Assembly (NCBI GenBank): GCA_023143145.1
Contig: JAGLID010000045.1
Location: forward strand, 1-39,626
DNA from: Minisyncoccota bacterium
Lineage (GTDB): Bacteria; Patescibacteriota; Minisyncoccia; JAHIHE01; JAGLIN01
DNA: 39,626 nt
Direction of reading: 5' to 3'
The first letter of the stretch is position 1; the number at the start of each line of letters is the position of its first letter. A program made the position numbers and the translations under genes. Below, in pieces: positions 36,214-39,626 of the stretch. The notes beneath the pieces are model-generated. The model was not told where the DNA came from, ran no database searches, and saw only the letters and a list, made by a program, of their open reading frames with translations.

Positions 36214-37518
36214 TTATTTCTTATCTGCCTTTTTATCAATCTTTTTCTTTTTCTTTTTTACTTTAGTTTCTTTTTCAACACCTTCTTCTTTTTCTGATTT
36301 TTCAGTGTCAGTTTCCTTGGAAGTTTCTTCTTTCTTTTCAACCTTTTCTTCGATTTCTTTTTCGTCTTTATCATCTTCTTTTGTGATTTCCTCTACTGCT
36401 ATTTTTTTCTTGTCTTCTAAAATATCAATTTTCCAACCAGTTAATTTTGCGGCTAGACGAACATTTTGTCCTTGCTTTCCAATCGCAAGAGAAAGCTGGT
36501 CTTCTTCAACATAAGCGACAGCATGCATTTTCGCTTCATCAATATCAAGATGCACAACCTTTGCAGGAGACAAAGCATTCTGAATAAATTTACTTGAATT
36601 ATCACTCCACTCTGTAATATCAATTTTTTCACCGCCAAGCTCATTGATAATTGTTTGAATTCTTGAACCTCTCTGACCAACACAAGAACCGACTGGATCT
36701 ATACCATCTTCATTAGAAAATACTGCAACCTTTGTTCTTGAACCAGCTTCACGAGCAATGGACTTTATTTCCACTGTTTTTGAAAATATTTCTGGAACTT
36801 CAAGCTCAAAAAGTTTTTTGATAATTTCCGAATTCGTTCTTGAGAGAACAAGATTTGCTTCTTTTGCTTCTCTATCAATTCTGACAATAAATACTTTTAG
36901 TCTTTGTCCAATATTATATCTCTCTCCAGCAATTTGTTCCACTGGATAAATAATACCCACGGCTTTTCCAATATCTACGAAAACATTTCTTCCTTCAATT
37001 CTCTGAACAACACCGTTAGCAACCTCCCCTTCCTTGTCTTTAAACTCATCAAAAATTGATTCCTTTTCTGCTTCTCTTATTTTTTGAATCATCACTTGTT
37101 TAGCAGTCTGAGCTGCAATTCTTCCAAAATCATCTTTAGGTGGTAATGGAATTTCAATTTCATCATCAATCTCAGGATTTTTCTTATATTCTTTTGCCTC
37201 TTCAATTGTTATATTCTTATCAACACTAAATTTCCTTTTAATAATTCTTTCTCCATTCTCATCTAACTCATCTTCTGTAATCCCATCTTCATTCTCATCA
37301 CTCTCTTCATCTTCATCTGCAACAACTTTGATTTGAAAAACCTCCATGCTCCCAGATATTTCATCAAAATTAACCTTAATTGTTTGACCTTTTTTCCCAT
37401 ACTCTTTTTTATAAGCAGCCGCCAAAGAAGCTTCTACAATCTCAATTGCTTTTTCATTTGAAATCGCCTTTTCTTCACATATCTGCTCAATCGCCGATAC
37501 AAATTGTTTATGTTCCAT
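36214..37518 (-). CDS. nusA: Transcription termination factor NusA
   Basis: FGRIAAQTAKQV, AREAGSRTK, CVGQRG and AIGKQGQNVRLA. Confidence 0.98.
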   Translation of the reverse strand: MEHKQFVSAIEQICEEKAISNEKAIEIVEASLAAAYKKEYGKKGQTIKVNFDEISGSMEVFQIKVVADEDEESDENEDGITEDELDENGERIIKRKFSVDKNITIEEAKEYKKNPEIDDEIEIPLPPKDDFGRIAAQTAKQVMIQKIREAEKESIFDEFKDKEGEVANGVVQRIEGRNVFVDIGKAVGIIYPVEQIAGERYNIGQRLKVFIVRIDREAKEANLVLSRTNSEIIKKLFELEVPEIFSKTVEIKSIAREAGSRTKVAVFSNEDGIDPVGSCVGQRGSRIQTIINELGGEKIDITEWSDNSSKFIQNALSPAKVVHLDIDEAKMHAVAYVEEDQLSLAIGKQGQNVRLAAKLTGWKIDILEDKKKIAVEEITKEDDKDEKEIEEKVEKKEETSKETDTEKSEKEEGVEKETKVKKKKKKIDKKADKK

Positions 37519-37569
37519 TGTTTTAATTTATTTACTTAAATTATTAAGAGAGTTGCTTGCCTATCTTTT

Positions 37570-37598
37570 AAAAAAACCTGTCCATTTCTGTGGCAGGT
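37570..37598 (-). terminator. Weak terminator in the nusA 5' leader
   Basis: ACCTGCCA-CAGAAA-TGGACAGGT followed by a T-run. Confidence 0.6.
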
Positions 37599-37625
37599 AA
37601 TCAATCGCATCCTCAATATAAATAT

Positions 37626-37653
37626 AGTATAGCAGAAAATATATTCCTGTCAA
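37626..37653 (-). promoter_or_regulatory. nusA promoter
   Basis: TTGACA-16 nt-TATACT with TGn. Confidence 0.7.
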
Positions 37654-37713
37654 CAACGAAAACAAAACACTCCTAGAACGTTTTTTTTATAACTATAAAT
37701 ATTCAATCAATTT

Positions 37714-39168
37714 TTACAACCCGCCTAAATCCAAAACCTCATCAATTCTAATTTGTTCGATAAATTCTTCCATGTGGCTCACAATAATCATTGTTCCTTC
37801 ATACTTACTCAACGCCTTAGCAATAACTGGAATGTGACGGAAATTAATGTGATTTGTTGGTTCATCAAGAATTAGAAGCCCTGGTTGCATCATTACCAAA
37901 CGAGCAAAACTCAGAAGTCCCTTTTGCCCTTCAGATAAGGCTGAAACTTTATGAGCCATAAGTTCACCAGTTATTAAAAATCCAGCTGCAATAGATCTCA
38001 TCTTCTGAATATCATTTTCTCCAATCATTGCATCAGAGAGAGAATCCATTACGGTTTGATCATAGTCCAAAGTAGAAAAATCTTGACTATAATAACCCAC
38101 ACGAACGCCTTCCAAAATTTTATGATCTAGTGAATTGCCAGAAATCAAGCTTTTCAAAAAAGTACTTTTGCCAACACCATTTGGACCGCTAACTAAAACA
38201 TGAGTATCTTTTCTAAGAGTCAACTCTCTCTCTTTGGTCACTTCCTCACCATTTATCAAAGCTTTCACAGAGCTAATCTCAACAATCTTACCAACAATCT
38301 CTTGAGTCGGAATTGTGAAATCTCTAATTGTCTTGTCTTCTTTTCTAACATCAACTTTACTTTCTTCATCTTCTTCCAATTCTTCTTTCATCTTCTTAGC
38401 GAGTTTTCTCATTTTTCCTCCTTTATGGGCAAAGAAATTTACTTTTTCTTTTCGATCTTGAATATTTCTTTCCAATTGTGCATTTTTCTTTTTTTCTCTT
38501 TCAATCCGATTTTCAATTTCTGTCATTACAGAATAATAATCACCCACGTACTGCTCTGTCTTGTGCGTGAAAACATCAAGATAGATAACTCCATCTGTAA
38601 AACAATTTAAAAAATCAGCATCGTGTGAAATCACAATCACAGTTTTTTCATACATCATTAAAAAATTAATCAGATGCGCAATTCCATCTTCATCAAGATT
38701 ATTTGTTGGCTCATCTAGTAAAAGAATGTCTGGTTTTTGAATCAAGGCAAAGGCCAAAAGTAATCGTGCTTGTTGACCACCAGAAAGATCTTCTACCTTT
38801 TTTTCAATTGGCACATTTAAATTTACTGCATCAAGAACTTTTTTTATTTCACCGGGAGCATTATGCGGAACTTCATCATAAGATTTTTCAAAGTATTTTT
38901 GAACTGAAAATTTTAAATCACTTTTTTCAATTACCTGTTTGGCAATTCCGATTGTGACGCCACCAGTAATTGAAATTTGACCTTTGATTGGTTTCAGCTT
39001 TCCTGTAATCAATTCAAACATGGTACTTTTCCCCGCACCATTTTGTCCCATTAAGGTAATTTTTGACCCGTCACGCACTGAAAAACTAGCCTCCTGATAG
39101 ATAGGTTTCTTGTGTAAATATTCAAACGAGACTTCATCAAATCTCAAAATAACATCACCTTTTGACAT
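37714..39168 (-). CDS. ABC-F family ATPase
   Basis: Two NBDs (GQNGAGKS/LSGGQ/LDEPTNNLD and GPNGVGKS/LSEGQ/LDEPTNH), no TM; start likely MSKGDV. Confidence 0.93.
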   Translation of the reverse strand: MSKGDVILRFDEVSFEYLHKKPIYQEASFSVRDGSKITLMGQNGAGKSTMFELITGKLKPIKGQISITGGVTIGIAKQVIEKSDLKFSVQKYFEKSYDEVPHNAPGEIKKVLDAVNLNVPIEKKVEDLSGGQQARLLLAFALIQKPDILLLDEPTNNLDEDGIAHLINFLMMYEKTVIVISHDADFLNCFTDGVIYLDVFTHKTEQYVGDYYSVMTEIENRIEREKKKNAQLERNIQDRKEKVNFFAHKGGKMRKLAKKMKEELEEDEESKVDVRKEDKTIRDFTIPTQEIVGKIVEISSVKALINGEEVTKERELTLRKDTHVLVSGPNGVGKSTFLKSLISGNSLDHKILEGVRVGYYSQDFSTLDYDQTVMDSLSDAMIGENDIQKMRSIAAGFLITGELMAHKVSALSEGQKGLLSFARLVMMQPGLLILDEPTNHINFRHIPVIAKALSKYEGTMIIVSHMEEFIEQIRIDEVLDLGGL

Positions 39169-39251
39169 AATTATTATATTTATCAATTACCAAAACATAT
39201 TACCAAAAATTTAGTAAAAAGTAAAGCCTTCAAACAATAATACCTCTGATA

Positions 39252-39288
39252 ATAAAAGAATCTTATTACTTTAATAAGATTCTTTTAT
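39252..39288. terminator. AT-rich 17-bp hairpin after the FKBP gene
   Basis: ATAAAAGAATCTTATTA-CTT-TAATAAGATTCTTTTAT. Confidence 0.6.
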
Positions 39289-39298
39289 GAAATATTTT

Positions 39299-39625
39299 TT
39301 ATTGAATTCCGATTAATTCAATATCAAACATTATAGTAGCATTTGGTGGAATTGCACCAGGAGCCCCAGCTGCTCCATATCCCAACTCAGCTGGAATTGT
39401 GAGCTTTCTTTTTTCTCCAACTTTCATATCTAATGTTCCCTGTTCCCAACCTTGAATAACTTGTCCCGCTCCAATTGTAAATGAAAACGGATCATTTCGA
39501 TCGACGCTTGAATCAAACTTCGAACCATCTTCCAATGTTCCTGTATAGTGAACTGAAATTGTATCGCCTTTTTTTGTCACGACATCTCCAATGCCCTCTT
39601 GTAAAACTTCAATTTTTAATTCCAT
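39299..39625 (-). CDS. FKBP-type peptidyl-prolyl isomerase (may extend beyond the window edge)
   Basis: VHYTGTL, FDSS, VIQGW and IPPNAT. Confidence 0.95.
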   Translation of the reverse strand: MELKIEVLQEGIGDVVTKKGDTISVHYTGTLEDGSKFDSSVDRNDPFSFTIGAGQVIQGWEQGTLDMKVGEKRKLTIPAELGYGAAGAPGAIPPNATIMFDIELIGIQ

Positions 39626-39626
39626 T

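Overview
AT-rich bacterial chromosome segment, almost entirely minus-strand encoded. It most likely comes from a Patescibacteria/CPR (Parcubacteria-like) genome. This is inferred from gene style, SD-less core genes and CPR-type secreted domains; dnaJ and uvrB end in TGA, so code 11 applies. The backbone is housekeeping: nusG, secE, corA, xseB, gatB, aspS, argS, tRNA-Lys(UUU), dnaJ, uvrB, clpP, tig, ppaC, nusA, an ABC-F ATPase and an FKBP. Accessory material is interspersed: a GH1/EamA/GH-A glycan cluster, a very heme-dense secreted multiheme cytochrome c-like protein (8 CxxCH + 1 Cx4CH), an ~8 kb integrase-less island bounded by tRNA-Lys and a decayed copy of its 3' end, and a pyrD/pyrF block with a probable pyrE remnant and an unannotated Cys-rich 42-aa ORF. 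The most notable unannotated signals are (1) an Asn/Asp-rich leader peptide abutting a terminator ahead of a non-discriminating aspS, a candidate ribosome-mediated attenuator; (2) a stand-alone ~200-nt transcript with a 30-aa ORF; and (3) several riboswitch-like structured leaders. All calls were made by eye; no database searches or folding programs were run.
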